Assembly: GCA_934591705.1 (NCBI GenBank)
Contig: CAKTPM010000005.1
Coordinates: 972 to 64,971, forward strand
Source: an uncultured Oscillospiraceae bacterium
Lineage (GTDB): Bacteria; Bacillota; Clostridia; Oscillospirales; Oscillospiraceae
DNA length: 64,000 nucleotides
Direction of reading: 5' to 3'
Both the position numbers and the translations under genes were made by a program. Shown piece after piece: positions 26,172 through 36,600 of the stretch; the first letter of the stretch is position 1; the number at the start of each line of letters is the position of its first letter. The notes under the pieces were generated by a model that saw only the letters and a list, made by a program, of their open reading frames with translations, was not told the origin of the DNA and ran no database searches.

Positions 26172-27373
26172 TCTCCTTTATTCTCCACGGTGCAGCCCAG
26201 GACACCCTGCCCCAGCTGCAGGCGAATGTGCTGCCCGGTCTCCACCTGGGCGGCGCTTTTGATCACAGTGCCGTCCCGGGTCTGGGCCATGGCGTAGCCC
26301 CGGGCCAGCACCTTCAGCGGTGAGAGGGCGTCCAGGGCGGCGGTAAGCTGGGCAAAGCGCCGGTGCTCTTTTTCCACCCGGCTCTGCCCCAGGAGGGCCA
26401 GGCGGCTGTGGAGCTTGTCCAGCAGCAGGCCCTTGTCCTGCAAAAAGGCGGTGGGGTCCTGGAGCACCCGCTTTTCCGAGAGCATCTGCAGGTGCTTTTG
26501 CGCCTGCACAAGGCGGCTGCGCTGTGCCTGCAGCATCCGGCCCCGGTATTGCTCCACGCTCTGGAGCACCCCGGCGCGGTCCGGCACCGCCAGCTCCGCC
26601 GCGTTGGAGGGGGTGGAGGCCCGGACATCCGCCACAAAATCGGCGATGGTCACATCCGGCTCGTGGCCCACGGCGGAGATCACCGGGATCTCAGAGTCAT
26701 AGATGGCCCGGGCCACCCGCTCGTCATTAAAGGCCCACAGATCCTCGATGGAGCCGCCGCCCCGGCCGGTGATGAGCACATCCGCCAGCTGCCAGCGGTT
26801 GGCATAGCGGATGGCGCCCACGATCTCCGGCGGTGCCTCCAGGCCCTGGACCCGCACCGGCAAAAGCAGCACCTTGGCGACGGGATACCGGGCCCGGAGA
26901 ATGCGGATCATGTCGTGGACCGCCGCGCCGGCGGAGCTGGTGACGATGGCGATGCGCCGGGGATACCGGGGCAGGGGCTTTTTATGGGCGGGATCGAAGA
27001 GGCCCTCCTGACGCAGCTTTTCCTTCAGCTGCTCAAAGGCCACATAGAGGTCGCCGATGCCGTCGGCATGGAGAGCGGTGCAGTAGAGCTGATAGGCCCC
27101 GTCCCGGGGATAGACGCTGATGCGCCCCGAGGCGATGACCTTCATGCCGCTCTCCGGACGGAAGGCAAGGCGGGCGGCGGCGCCCCGGAACATCACGCAC
27201 CGCAGAGCGCACTCGCCGTCCTTAAGGGTGAAATAGTGGTGCCCGGAGGGGTAGATCTTATAGTTGCTCAGCTCGCCGCGGATCATAATGTCCTGCAGCG
27301 GCGGCACCTCCTCTAAGAGGCCCTTGATCAGATGGTTTACTTCTGTTACGGAAAAAATATGCGGCTCATCCAC
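26168..27373 (-). CDS. xseA: Exodeoxyribonuclease VII large subunit.
   Basis: 401 aa. OB-fold N-terminus (IRGELSNYKIYPSGHHYFTLKD) and catalytic core typical of XseA. Confidence 0.9.
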   Translation of the reverse strand: MDEPHIFSVTEVNHLIKGLLEEVPPLQDIMIRGELSNYKIYPSGHHYFTLKDGECALRCVMFRGAAARLAFRPESGMKVIASGRISVYPRDGAYQLYCTALHADGIGDLYVAFEQLKEKLRQEGLFDPAHKKPLPRYPRRIAIVTSSAGAAVHDMIRILRARYPVAKVLLLPVRVQGLEAPPEIVGAIRYANRWQLADVLITGRGGGSIEDLWAFNDERVARAIYDSEIPVISAVGHEPDVTIADFVADVRASTPSNAAELAVPDRAGVLQSVEQYRGRMLQAQRSRLVQAQKHLQMLSEKRVLQDPTAFLQDKGLLLDKLHSRLALLGQSRVEKEHRRFAQLTAALDALSPLKVLARGYAMAQTRDGTVIKSAAQVETGQHIRLQLGQGVLGCTVENKGE

Positions 27374-27432
27374 GAGAGCACCTCCTTTGCATGGGAAAAA
27401 GGCAGAGCCATGGGCGGCTCTGCCTGATGGTC

Positions 27433-27882
27433 TTATTCCTTGATCTCGTCCCGCAGGAAGCTGCCGAGAATGCCGTTGATGAACTTCACCACCTCCGGCT
27501 CTTCGTACCTCTTGGCGATCTCCACGGCCTCGTTGATGGCAACGCCGTGGGGGATATCCGGCATGTACATGATCTCGAACATGGCCACCCGCATGATGGC
27601 GGCGGCCACCAGGGAGATGCGCTGGAAGCGCCAGTTCTTGGCGTATTTCTCGATGTATTCATCCAGCTCCGCCGCGTGCTCGGCTACGCCGGACACCAGC
27701 CGGCGGATATACTCCATCTGATTTTGATCGGGGAGCTCGGCATAGATGCCGCACTCCGCCGAAAGGTCGGCAAAGTTCTCCTCCGTGAGCTGCTCGCTGA
27801 GGAAGCTCTCCGTATCCAGGTCGGTGTAGCTCAGGGCATAGGCCATGTGCGTGGCGATCTCTCTTGCAGTACTGCGTGTCAT
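27433..27882 (-). CDS. nusB: Transcription antitermination factor NusB.
   Basis: 149 aa. AREIATHMAYALSY....FINGILG pattern. Synteny asp23-nusB-xseA. Confidence 0.85.
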   Translation of the reverse strand: MTRSTAREIATHMAYALSYTDLDTESFLSEQLTEENFADLSAECGIYAELPDQNQMEYIRRLVSGVAEHAAELDEYIEKYAKNWRFQRISLVAAAIMRVAMFEIMYMPDIPHGVAINEAVEIAKRYEEPEVVKFINGILGSFLRDEIKE

Positions 27883-27902
27883 TCTCTTCTTCCCCGATCT
27901 CT

Positions 27903-28271
27903 TTAGTTGAAGCTGATACCGCCCACATGGACATTGACCTTGCCGATCTTAAGTCCCGTCATGCCCTCCAGGGCGGCGTACACGGCGTTTTGCACCTTCT
28001 TGCCCACATCGCCCACATTGCAGCCATAGCGCACCAGGATGCACACGGTGAGCACGGCGGCGCCGTCCTCCCCCTTCTCCAGGCGGATGCCCTTGGCCGC
28101 CAGCTTTTTGTTTTTCACGCTCACCAGATCCGCCACATTGCCGTTGCTCAGGCCGCTGACGCCCTCGATCTCCATGGCGGCGCCGGCCGCAATAGAGCCG
28201 ACGACCTCATCGGCGATCTGGATGGAGCCCAGCTCCTCTTTATATGTCATGTATTCACGGTTATCCGCCAT
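27903..28271 (-). CDS. Asp23/Gls24 (alkaline shock protein) family protein.
   Basis: 122 aa. GSIQIADEVVGSIAAGAAMEIEGV...LKIGKVNVHVGGI is typical of Asp23. Confidence 0.8.
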   Translation of the reverse strand: MADNREYMTYKEELGSIQIADEVVGSIAAGAAMEIEGVSGLSNGNVADLVSVKNKKLAAKGIRLEKGEDGAAVLTVCILVRYGCNVGDVGKKVQNAVYAALEGMTGLKIGKVNVHVGGISFN

Positions 28272-28355
28272 AGGACATTCTCCTTATCCGTTTCATTCGT
28301 GTCGGTTTTCATTCGTACCTCACAGTATACCATTTCCTTCACGAAATTACAACCG

Positions 28356-28892
28356 TTAATTTGCCTCCATGATCTTGATCTGGTTGGGGGTATAGGCGGT
28401 TTCGCTGACCACGATGTCCTTGATGCGGGCGGCGTCCACCTCATCGAGGCCATCCGGGTCGGAGACCACCACGCTGCAGGAGTCCACACCCATAAACACC
28501 ACACAGTCGGCATAGCCCTTGGCGGTGACCAAGCTCTCGATCTGGGACTCGGCCACGGTATAGCCCGCCAGCACCTGCAGGGTGCGGGAGGCCTCGTTGA
28601 GCACATCCTCGGCGGCATTTTCGTCGGTCTCCGCCTGCTGCAGCAGGCTGATGGCGCTGTCCCGGGCCTGCTGGCGGTTGAGCCGGGCCGTGGCGAAGTA
28701 GTCGTCCTCCGGGGCAGGCGTCTGCGGGTTGGTTTCGTCCTTCACCAGGGTCGCCTCGCCCAGGATCTTGCCGCTCTCGGCCACATTGCCGGCATACCTC
28801 CAGTTGAGATACACCGATGCCCCCACCAGCACCAGCACGCCCAGCACCACGGCATGCCGTTTCCAGTTCTTCCACAATGCGATTTTTTTCAT
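28356..28892 (-). CDS. spoIIIAH: Stage III sporulation protein AH.
   Basis: N-terminal TM, then YFATARLNRQQARDSAISLLQQ...VTAKGYADCVVFMGVDSCSVVVSD...QIKIME, consistent with SpoIIIAH/YscJ-like. Last gene of the spoIIIA operon. Confidence 0.7.
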   Translation of the reverse strand: MKKIALWKNWKRHAVVLGVLVLVGASVYLNWRYAGNVAESGKILGEATLVKDETNPQTPAPEDDYFATARLNRQQARDSAISLLQQAETDENAAEDVLNEASRTLQVLAGYTVAESQIESLVTAKGYADCVVFMGVDSCSVVVSDPDGLDEVDAARIKDIVVSETAYTPNQIKIMEAN

Positions 28893-28923
28893 GTCCTTCC
28901 TCCTGCTTTATTTTTTTAATGCT

Positions 28924-29421
28924 TTATGACTGCCATTGCACAACGGTGATCCTGTCGCTGCCCAGACCCGTCAGCACCGAGACCGTTTTGACCACCTGCA
29001 GGCGCACCTGGGGATCCGCCGCCCCCTCGCAGGTGACCACGGCCCCCCGGTAGGTGGGGTAGAGCTCCTCCGTGACCACCACCTCCTGGCAGCCGCTGCC
29101 CCGGGGGAGGGTCACCACCTGGGATTGGCTCTTTTCCTCCTCCTGCCGCCGGGTATCGCTCTGGTCCCGGGCCAGCGTGAGGCGAGAGGAGCTCTGGAGT
29201 GTCAGCATCACCCGGACACGCCCCACCCCCGCCGTATGGCGCAGCAGCTCCTCCATCCGCCTCTCCGTTTGCTCGGCGGCGCAGGCGGTATTCTCCTTCT
29301 TTTCGCCGCCGGTCCCCTGGGACTTGCCGGAGGGAAGCAGCAGCAGCAAAATGCCGGCCAACAGGATCAAAAGGGCCAGCTTCCCCTTCTTCAGCGCACC
29401 GATGAGTTTTTCCCTGTTCAT
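28924..29421 (-). CDS. spoIIIAG: Stage III sporulation protein AG.
   Basis: Start MNREKLIGALKKGKLALLILLAGILLL (TM). C-terminal VVTCEGAADPQVRLQVVKTVSVLTGLGSDRITVVQWQS matches the SpoIIIAG signature. Position in the operon. Confidence 0.7.
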   Translation of the reverse strand: MNREKLIGALKKGKLALLILLAGILLLLLPSGKSQGTGGEKKENTACAAEQTERRMEELLRHTAGVGRVRVMLTLQSSSRLTLARDQSDTRRQEEEKSQSQVVTLPRGSGCQEVVVTEELYPTYRGAVVTCEGAADPQVRLQVVKTVSVLTGLGSDRITVVQWQS

Positions 29422-29423
29422 GC

Positions 29424-29897
29424 TCAGCCCCCCTGCCAGCTCTGCCGCTCCGCGGGGATGCCCAGCTCCTTCGCGATGCGCCGCGACAGGCCCGGATGAT
29501 AGGATATATCCAGTGTCACGGCATCGGGAAGGGGCAGACCGTTCTCCTCCCGGCACCGAACCTCGGCCCGGCAGGTAAGCCCCAGCTCTTCGGCTGTTTT
29601 TGCAATATATGCGCCTGCCTCCCGCTGTATGAGTTCCTCTTGAGCCAGATAGTTTTCCCGGCGATAGTCCTCCGCCCGCTCCTCCGCCGTGATGCCCGTG
29701 CCGATGCCGGCGAGATGCCCTCCCAGGGCCCGGAGCTCCCCGCCGGTCAGGGGCTGCAGGAGCACCAGCACCATGGTAAGGCCGCTGAGCAGCCGCCCCA
29801 GGGCGGCAAAGGCGCCCTGGGGCATCACGCTCTGCAGCAGGGAGATCACCAGGGCCGCCGCCAGGACTCCCAAGAGCCACATGCGAAGAGCCGTCAT
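29424..29897 (-). CDS. spoIIIAF: Stage III sporulation protein AF.
   Basis: 157 aa. Two N-terminal TM segments. Position between spoIIIAE and spoIIIAG. Confidence 0.65.
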   Translation of the reverse strand: MTALRMWLLGVLAAALVISLLQSVMPQGAFAALGRLLSGLTMVLVLLQPLTGGELRALGGHLAGIGTGITAEERAEDYRRENYLAQEELIQREAGAYIAKTAEELGLTCRAEVRCREENGLPLPDAVTLDISYHPGLSRRIAKELGIPAERQSWQGG

Positions 29898-30964
29898 GCC
29901 GTCACCACCGATACGCAGGAGGCGATGGAGATCAAAAGCAGCAGGGCGCAGCTCCCGGTCATGCCCAGCACCAGACCGAAGGCATCCCCCAGGCGGCTCA
30001 TATACTCCCGCAGCCGCTCGCCGCCCAAAAGACCGCAGAGGAAGGCCGCGGCCTTATAGAGCAGGTACTGCACCGCCATGGTAAGAAAGGGCGTAAGACA
30101 GCAGCCCAGCACCGCCAGCATCCCTGCGGCGCCCAGGGCGCCCTTCAGGAGCCCCGCGCTGTGCAGAACGCTGTCCGCCGCGTCGGATACGATGCCCCCC
30201 ACCACCGGCACCGCGGCGGAGATCGCGCTGCGGGTCAGCCGCAGAGTCAGGGAATCCGCCGAGGCAGCGCCGGCGCCGCAGAGCGTGAGATAGCCGGTAA
30301 AAAGCAGAAGAAAACCGGTCAAAAGCCAAGTCACCGCCTTTTTTACGCCCCCTGCCAGCTCCCCCAGGTGCTGCCGGGGCAGCATGGCGCCCGCCGCGGA
30401 CAGGGCGATGAAATAGTAGGTCAGGGGCAGAAGATAGCTGTTGATGAGCCAGATGAGCACATCGGAAAAGAGGATGGTAGCGGTCTCGTGGACCCCGGCG
30501 GAGAGGAGGCCGCCCCCGGCTGCCACCGCCGCTGCCAGGGTTGGCAAAAGGGCCCGGGAGAATACATGCAGCTCCTCCACGGTCCGGGCCCCCAGGCCGA
30601 TCATGCTCTCCAGCTTCTCCGCCGATACCACCGTCAGGCACAGCACGCCGGCCATGTCCACATAGTCCCGGTTGGCCGAGACCCCGGTGAAGATGCCCTC
30701 CGCGGTGGTGCACACCGCGCAGATGCCCAGCAGTACCCCGGCGCTGCGCAGGCCCCGGCGCAGATAGTCCGGCAGCAGCGCCTGCAGCTTCTCCCCTATG
30801 ATCCGCAGGCCCCGGGAAAAATCGGAGCTCTCCTCTCCCAGCTCCTCTATCACCTCCGCCGCCTCCGGGGGCAAGGCGTCAGCCACCTCTGGAGGCAGCG
30901 ACGCGCCGGCGCGGCAGGGCGCGAGCAACAACAGCAGCAGCAAAAGCAGGCAAAATCTTTTCAT
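29894..30964 (-). CDS. spoIIIAE: Stage III sporulation protein AE.
   Basis: Start MKRFCLLLLLLLLLAPCRAG (signal). Multi-TM body typical of SpoIIIAE. ATG overlaps the spoIIIAD stop (ATGA). Confidence 0.8.
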   Translation of the reverse strand: MKRFCLLLLLLLLLAPCRAGASLPPEVADALPPEAAEVIEELGEESSDFSRGLRIIGEKLQALLPDYLRRGLRSAGVLLGICAVCTTAEGIFTGVSANRDYVDMAGVLCLTVVSAEKLESMIGLGARTVEELHVFSRALLPTLAAAVAAGGGLLSAGVHETATILFSDVLIWLINSYLLPLTYYFIALSAAGAMLPRQHLGELAGGVKKAVTWLLTGFLLLFTGYLTLCGAGAASADSLTLRLTRSAISAAVPVVGGIVSDAADSVLHSAGLLKGALGAAGMLAVLGCCLTPFLTMAVQYLLYKAAAFLCGLLGGERLREYMSRLGDAFGLVLGMTGSCALLLLISIASCVSVVTA

Positions 30965-31350
30965 AGCAGTTTCGTAAAAAGCTCCCACACCTCCTGCAGC
31001 AGCGGCGCAGCCGCCATAAGCCCCGCCAGGATCCCGGCAAGCTCCGTCACCGCCGCAGGCGTTCCCGCGCCGCCGTCCCGGCAAAGCTCCGCTCCCAGGC
31101 GGCACACCAGGGCGATGAGCGCCACCTTGCACAGGGGCAAAAACCAGCTCTCCTCCAGGCCCCCTGCCGCCAAAATCCCCCGGGCCAGATCCCAGAGCTC
31201 CCCCAGGCGCCGGCCCAGCAAAAGGCCCGCCGCCAGGCACAGCCCCAGGGAGATACACAGCGCCGCGGCCGGCTCCGTTCCCTTCAAAAGCAGCGTCAGC
31301 ACGGTGCACAAAAGGCACACCGCCGCCACCTGAAACGCCCCCTCCATCAC
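30961..31350 (-). CDS. spoIIIAD: Stage III sporulation protein AD.
   Basis: 129 aa. Four hydrophobic segments. Position in the operon. Confidence 0.75.
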   Translation of the reverse strand: MMEGAFQVAAVCLLCTVLTLLLKGTEPAAALCISLGLCLAAGLLLGRRLGELWDLARGILAAGGLEESWFLPLCKVALIALVCRLGAELCRDGGAGTPAAVTELAGILAGLMAAAPLLQEVWELFTKLL

Positions 31351-31541
31351 AGGGCAAACAAGCTCTTGACCATGGAAAAGAGGTCGGCGATCTGCTGCAG
31401 GAGGATCATCAGCACCACCACCAGGCCCGCCAGCGTGGTCAAAAGCGCCTGCTCGTCCCGTCCGGAGCGGACAAGGATCAAATTCAGCACAGCCACCAGG
31501 ATCCCGATGGCCGCGATCTTAAAAATCAGTTCAACATCCAT
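31347..31541 (-). CDS. spoIIIAC: Stage III sporulation protein AC.
   Basis: 64 aa. Two TM helices (MDVELIFKIAAIGILVAVLNLIL...). Position in the operon. Confidence 0.75.
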   Translation of the reverse strand: MDVELIFKIAAIGILVAVLNLILVRSGRDEQALLTTLAGLVVVLMILLQQIADLFSMVKSLFAL

Positions 31542-31550
31542 GCTCCATCC

Positions 31551-32033
31551 TCATAGCAGCAGGATCAGCAGCACCGCCGCGCCGCTGCACACCACCGCAA
31601 GAAAGGTCTTGTCCTTTTCCTTCCGCCCCCGGCTCCGGTCCTGCCGCAGCTCCCGGAGCTCCTGAGCCGTACCCAGCAGGCTCTTGACGATGTGCTCTGC
31701 ATCCCCGGTGAGGTCCGCCCGGAGGATCACCTCACCCGCCTCCGGCTCCCAATCGCAAAACACTTGCTTCCATGCACTATGTAAAGCTATATTGCTTTCC
31801 AGCATATCACTCAATCTTTCAAACCGCCGGCCCAGGTGAGGCCGCCGGGAGAGATCCCGAAAGATGTCCGGCAGGCGCCGGCGGCGCCAGCGTATCTCCC
31901 CGGCGATGTACTCCAGGGCGGAGATCAGCGCCGTGAGCGCGGCCCGCTCCCGGGCGACGCTGGCAAAATGCTCCCATACGGTGAGCCCGGCGGCGGAGAG
32001 CACCAAGACCGTGCCCAGTATTCTTCCCATCAT
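31551..32033 (-). CDS. spoIIIAB: Stage III sporulation protein AB.
   Basis: Start MMGRILGTVLVLSAAGL. About 160 aa. ATG overlaps the spoIIIAA stop (ATGA). Confidence 0.65.
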   Translation of the reverse strand: MMGRILGTVLVLSAAGLTVWEHFASVARERAALTALISALEYIAGEIRWRRRRLPDIFRDLSRRPHLGRRFERLSDMLESNIALHSAWKQVFCDWEPEAGEVILRADLTGDAEHIVKSLLGTAQELRELRQDRSRGRKEKDKTFLAVVCSGAAVLLILLL

Positions 32034-32956
32034 GCCAGCTGCTCCACCCGGTAGCGCCGGACGCCTTCCTCCCGGGAGATGATCACCGCCCGGCTGAACA
32101 GCCGCGTCCGCAGCAGTCTGCCGAAGAGACGCTTTTGCCGCAGCTCCTCCACGGAGGCGCCGTGGACCGTGGCCAAAAGCGCCGCGCCGCAGTGGGCGGC
32201 GGCCTCCATGGCCCATATATCCGCCTGGGCGGTGATCTCGTCCACGGCGATGACCTGGGGATTCATAGACCGCATGAATATCTCCGCGGCAATGGCCTTG
32301 GGACAGCCGTCTAAAACATCCGTGTGGCTGCCCACCTCCAGCTGGGCCGTGCCCCGGTACATCCCGGCTACCTCCCCCCGCTCATCCGCCAGGGCCACCC
32401 GCAGGGCACCGTGGGCCTCCGTCCCGTCAGAGAGGCAGCGCACCAGCTCCCGCAGAAGCGTTGTTTTGCCGCCGCCGGGCGGCGAGAGGAGCAGGGTGCT
32501 GCAAAAGCGGTCCTTCTCCCAAAGCGCCGGCAGAAGGGGCCCGGCAATGCCCCGCTGCTCCCTGCCGATGCGGATGACGGCGGAGGATATCTCCCGGAGG
32601 TTGGTGCTCACGCCGCCGCTGATCACGGCGGTGCCGCACAGGCCCACCCGAAAGCCCCCGGCGGCGGTGAGATACCCCTGGGCCAGTGTCTGGGTCACGG
32701 CGTAGCGGGAATAGCCGCTGACAATGTCACAGAGCTGCTCTAACTCCCCGGGCAGCACTGTCTGCTGCGGGGCCTGGGGCATGAGGAGCCGCTCCCCCTC
32801 CGGCAGCAGCACCGTGGCCGCCCGGCCGCTGCGCAGGCGTATCTCCTCGGCAAGGGCCTTGCTGTGGTCCGGCAGCTGCCGGGCCGCCGTCTGCCACCGG
32901 CCGGGCAGCAGCCGGCAGGCCAGCTCGTAGCGTGCAATGGGCTCTACCATGTACAT
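32030..32956 (-). CDS. spoIIIAA: Stage III sporulation protein AA (secretion-ATPase-like).
   Basis: Walker A LLLSPPGGGKTTLLREL. Start MYMVEPIARYELA. First gene of spoIIIAA-AH. Confidence 0.8.
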   Translation of the reverse strand: MYMVEPIARYELACRLLPGRWQTAARQLPDHSKALAEEIRLRSGRAATVLLPEGERLLMPQAPQQTVLPGELEQLCDIVSGYSRYAVTQTLAQGYLTAAGGFRVGLCGTAVISGGVSTNLREISSAVIRIGREQRGIAGPLLPALWEKDRFCSTLLLSPPGGGKTTLLRELVRCLSDGTEAHGALRVALADERGEVAGMYRGTAQLEVGSHTDVLDGCPKAIAAEIFMRSMNPQVIAVDEITAQADIWAMEAAAHCGAALLATVHGASVEELRQKRLFGRLLRTRLFSRAVIISREEGVRRYRVEQLA

Positions 32957-33063
32957 CACATCCTTACAGACACACTCTATGAGAGGTTGTCCCGGATTAT
33001 GATAGCGTAAAAGAAGGAAATGCCCCGGCGCGGCGCGCCGGGGCATTTTGCCGATACAATTGT

Positions 33064-33591
33064 TTATCCGCCGTAGAGGGCCGCCAGAATGTCGGAGAAC
33101 ACCTTCTCGGGGTCCTTCTCGAAGCGGGCCTTCAGATCCTCGGCCATCTGCCGGGTGGCCACCATCAGCTCCAGGTTCATCAGATCCACCTGGGCGTCGC
33201 TGAGGTGCAGCTCCACGGTGTAGGTGCCGTCCTCCCGGGCGTGCACCGTGCCCTTTACCCGGGAGCGCCGCAGCAGCTCCTGGCGGAAATAGGCGATCTC
33301 CTTATCCGCCCGCAGCCGCACGGAATAGGGCAGCGACGGCTCGCAGATGCTGCTGTTGCGCAAGCCCTTGGCGGTGACGCTGTAATTCCCCTCCCCGTCC
33401 CGGAACAGGTGCTCCGTTTTCACCAGATCCGCCAGGCACACCGAGAAGTCGAAGTAGTTGACCCCGGGGTCGATCATGGTCAGCTCCTGGAGGTCCTCCC
33501 CGGACACCGGCTCATGGAGCCGGGAGGCGATATAGAGTATTAAAAAGCGTATCTCCAGCTTGTCATGGATAAAGCCGGCTGCCATAAACAT
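33064..33591 (-). CDS. DUF4364 family protein (commonly found upstream of spoIIIA in Clostridia).
   Basis: MFMAAGFIHDKLEIRFLILYIASRL N-terminus. About 175 aa. Confidence 0.55.
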   Translation of the reverse strand: MFMAAGFIHDKLEIRFLILYIASRLHEPVSGEDLQELTMIDPGVNYFDFSVCLADLVKTEHLFRDGEGNYSVTAKGLRNSSICEPSLPYSVRLRADKEIAYFRQELLRRSRVKGTVHAREDGTYTVELHLSDAQVDLMNLELMVATRQMAEDLKARFEKDPEKVFSDILAALYGG

Positions 33592-33619
33592 CTCTCCTTT
33601 CCATCTCTGAAAAGCCATT

Positions 33620-36600
33620 TCACTTTACAGCATTTTTCCTGACCACCACATTCTCCTCCCCCAGCCACAGCCGGCATTCCTCCAGAAACGCCGGGTGCGC
33701 CAGGCATTTTGCGCCCAGCAGGCGGCCGGTATCGGCGATGCGGAGCTTCAGGGTGTCCTCCCCCTCGAACATGCCCAGGACCCGCTCCAGCTGGCGGTAT
33801 TCCCTGCTGTCCACACTGGGGATCCGGAGGTACACGGTGGTTTCCGGGCCGCCGGCAGGCGCCGCCTGGGACGCCTCGGAGGCATCGCCTGCCTCCTCCC
33901 CCTTCTTCAGGGGCTCGATGTAGTCGCACATCAGCTGCGGCGGCTTATCATCCCGCAGGGACAGCCGGCCCTTTACCAGCACCGGCAGGTTCACCTGCAT
34001 ATAGGCACCGCAGCGGTCGATGACCCGGCTGAAGCACAAAAGCTCCATGGAGGCCAGCTCATCCTCCACCGTGACATAGGCCATGAGAGTATTGTTCTTG
34101 GTGGTGCGGGTGCGGGAGACGGTGATGACACCGGCGATGGTCAAAAGCTGCCCGTCACTGAAGCGGCCTCCCTGCTGCTCGGCATCCTCCAGGATGCTGT
34201 GGATGGATACGGCTCCGGCGGCCCGGGCGGCGCCCCGGTAGTCGCTCATGGGGTGGCCGCTGAGATAGAGGCCGGTGGTCTCCTTCTCCATGAACATCCG
34301 CTCCGTGGCGGAGAATTCCGGAATGTCCGGCAGGGCCACATCGTCCGCCCGCTGGCCGCCGCCTGCCATGCCGAAGAAGTCCAGCTGACCCTCCACATTG
34401 GCCCGCTGGCTGGCGGCGATGGCGTCCATGATCTTTTCGTAGACCTGGACCATCTGGGAACGGTGGGCGCCCATGCTGTCAAAGGCGCCGGCCCGGATGA
34501 GATTCTCCACCGCCCGCTTGTTCATATCCTTGGTGTCGCCCATCCGGCGGCAGAAGTCCTGGAGAGAGGTAAAGGGGCCTCCCAGCTCCCGCTGGCGCAC
34601 CACGCTCTGGATGAAGCCCCGGCCGATGTTCTTGATGGCCACCAGGCCGAAGCGGATGCCTCCCTCCTCCACGGTGAAGCCGTCAAAGGAGCGGTTCACA
34701 TCCGGCGGCAGCAGGGGTATCCTGCAGCTGCGGCACTCGGCGATATACTCCGCCACCTTGTCGGTATTGTCTAAGATGGAGGTCAAAAGCGCCGCCATGT
34801 ATTCCTTGGGATAGTGGCACTTGAACCACGCGGTCTGATAGGCCACCACCGCGTAGGAGACTGCGTGGGCCTTGTTGAAGGCGTAGTTGGCAAAGTCGTA
34901 GATCTCGTCATAGATGGACTGGGCCACGCTCTCGGGAATGCCGTTGGCCACGCAGCCCTTGATATTTCGCGCGGCGTCGCCGTGGAGAAAGGCCTCCCGC
35001 TCCTTGGCGACATCCTTGGCCTTCTTCTTGGACATGGCGCGGCGCACCATGTCCGCCTGGCCCAGGGAGTACCCCGCCAGCTCCTGAAAGACCCTGATGA
35101 CCTGCTCCTGGTAGACGATGCAGCCGTAGGTGCCCTTGAGGATGGGCTCCAGCTTGGGATGCTTGTAGCTCACCAGCTTGGGGTCGTGCTTGCAGGCGAT
35201 GAACTTGGGAATGGATTCCATGGGGCCCGGGCGGTAGAGGGCGATGATGGCGGTGATGTCCTCGATGCTCTCCGGCTGGAGGCCCAGACACACGCCGGTC
35301 ATGCCGGTGGATTCCATCTGGAACACGCCGCAGGTGCGCCCCTCCGTGAGCATGGTGAAGACATCCCGATCATCCATGGGGATATCCTCCAGGCGGAAGT
35401 CGGGCTGCTGCTTCTGCACCATCTTCACGGCATCGTCCAGCACTGTCAGGTTCCGCAGGCCCAGAAAGTCCATCTTCAGAAGCCCCAGTTCCTCCAGGGT
35501 GATCATATTGTACTGGCAGACGATGGAGTCCTCGTTCCGGGCCAAGGGCACATATTCGTACACCGGCCTTTTGGTGATGACCACGCCGGCGGCGTGGGTG
35601 GAGGCGTGCCGGGGCATCCCCTCCAGGGACTTGGCGGTGTCGATGAGCTTTTTCACCGCCTCATCGGACTCATAGAGGTCCCGGAGCTGCTTGGAGAGCT
35701 TCAGGGCCTCGTCCAGGGTGATGTGCAGGGCGCCGGGGCCGGCGGGCACCAGCTTGGCCACGGTGTCCACATCCGCATAGGGCATATTCAGCACCCGGCC
35801 CACATCCCGGATGGCGCCCCGGGCGGCCATGGTGCCGAAGGTGACGATCTGGGCCACATGGTCATCGCCGTATTTGCGGCGGACATAGTCCACCACCTCG
35901 CCCCGGCGGGTATCGCCGAAGTCCATGTCGATATCGGGCATGGACACGCGCTCCGGGTTCAGGAAGCGCTCGAAGTAGAGGTCGTACTGCATGGGGTCGA
36001 TGTCTGTGATGTGCAGGCAGTAGGCCACCATGGAGCCGGCGGCGCTGCCCCGCCCGGGTCCTACCGGGATCCCCGCGGACCGGGCATAGCGCACAAAGTC
36101 GGACACGATGAGGAAGTAATCCGTAAAGCCCATCTTTTCGATCATGGCCAGCTCGTAGTCCAGCTGCTTGTGATAAGCCCCGTTCTCCCCATAGCGGGCC
36201 ATAAAGCCCTCCTCGCAGAGCTTGCGGAGGTACTGGGAAGAGGTATAGCCCGGGGGCAGCTGAAATTCCGGCAGATGGTACTTGCCGAAGGTGAATTCCA
36301 GCTGGCAGCGGTCGGCGATGCGCTGGGTGTTCTCGACGGCCTCGGGATAGGCAGAGAAGAGCTGCTCCATCTCCTCCGTGGAGCGGAGATAGAAGTTCTG
36401 CGGCTCATAGCGCATGCGGTTTTCATCGTCCACGGTCTTGCCGGTCTGGATGCATAAGAGCACATCGTGGCTCTCGGCATCCTCCTTGCGCAGATAGTGG
36501 GCGTCGTTGGTGCACACCAAGGGGATGCCTGTTTCCTTGTGCATCCGCAGGAGGGCGCTGTTCACCTGGGCCTGCTCCCGCAGGCCGTGGTTTTGCAGCT

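Noticed and set aside
33017-33042. GC-rich hairpin CCCCGGCGCG/CGCGCCGGGG between the DUF4364 gene and spoIIIAA, plus a possible sigma-E-like -10 (TCATAGAGT) downstream
   Set aside because: The hairpin lacks a convincing U-run on either strand, and the promoter match is a single degenerate hexamer. Too weak to call.
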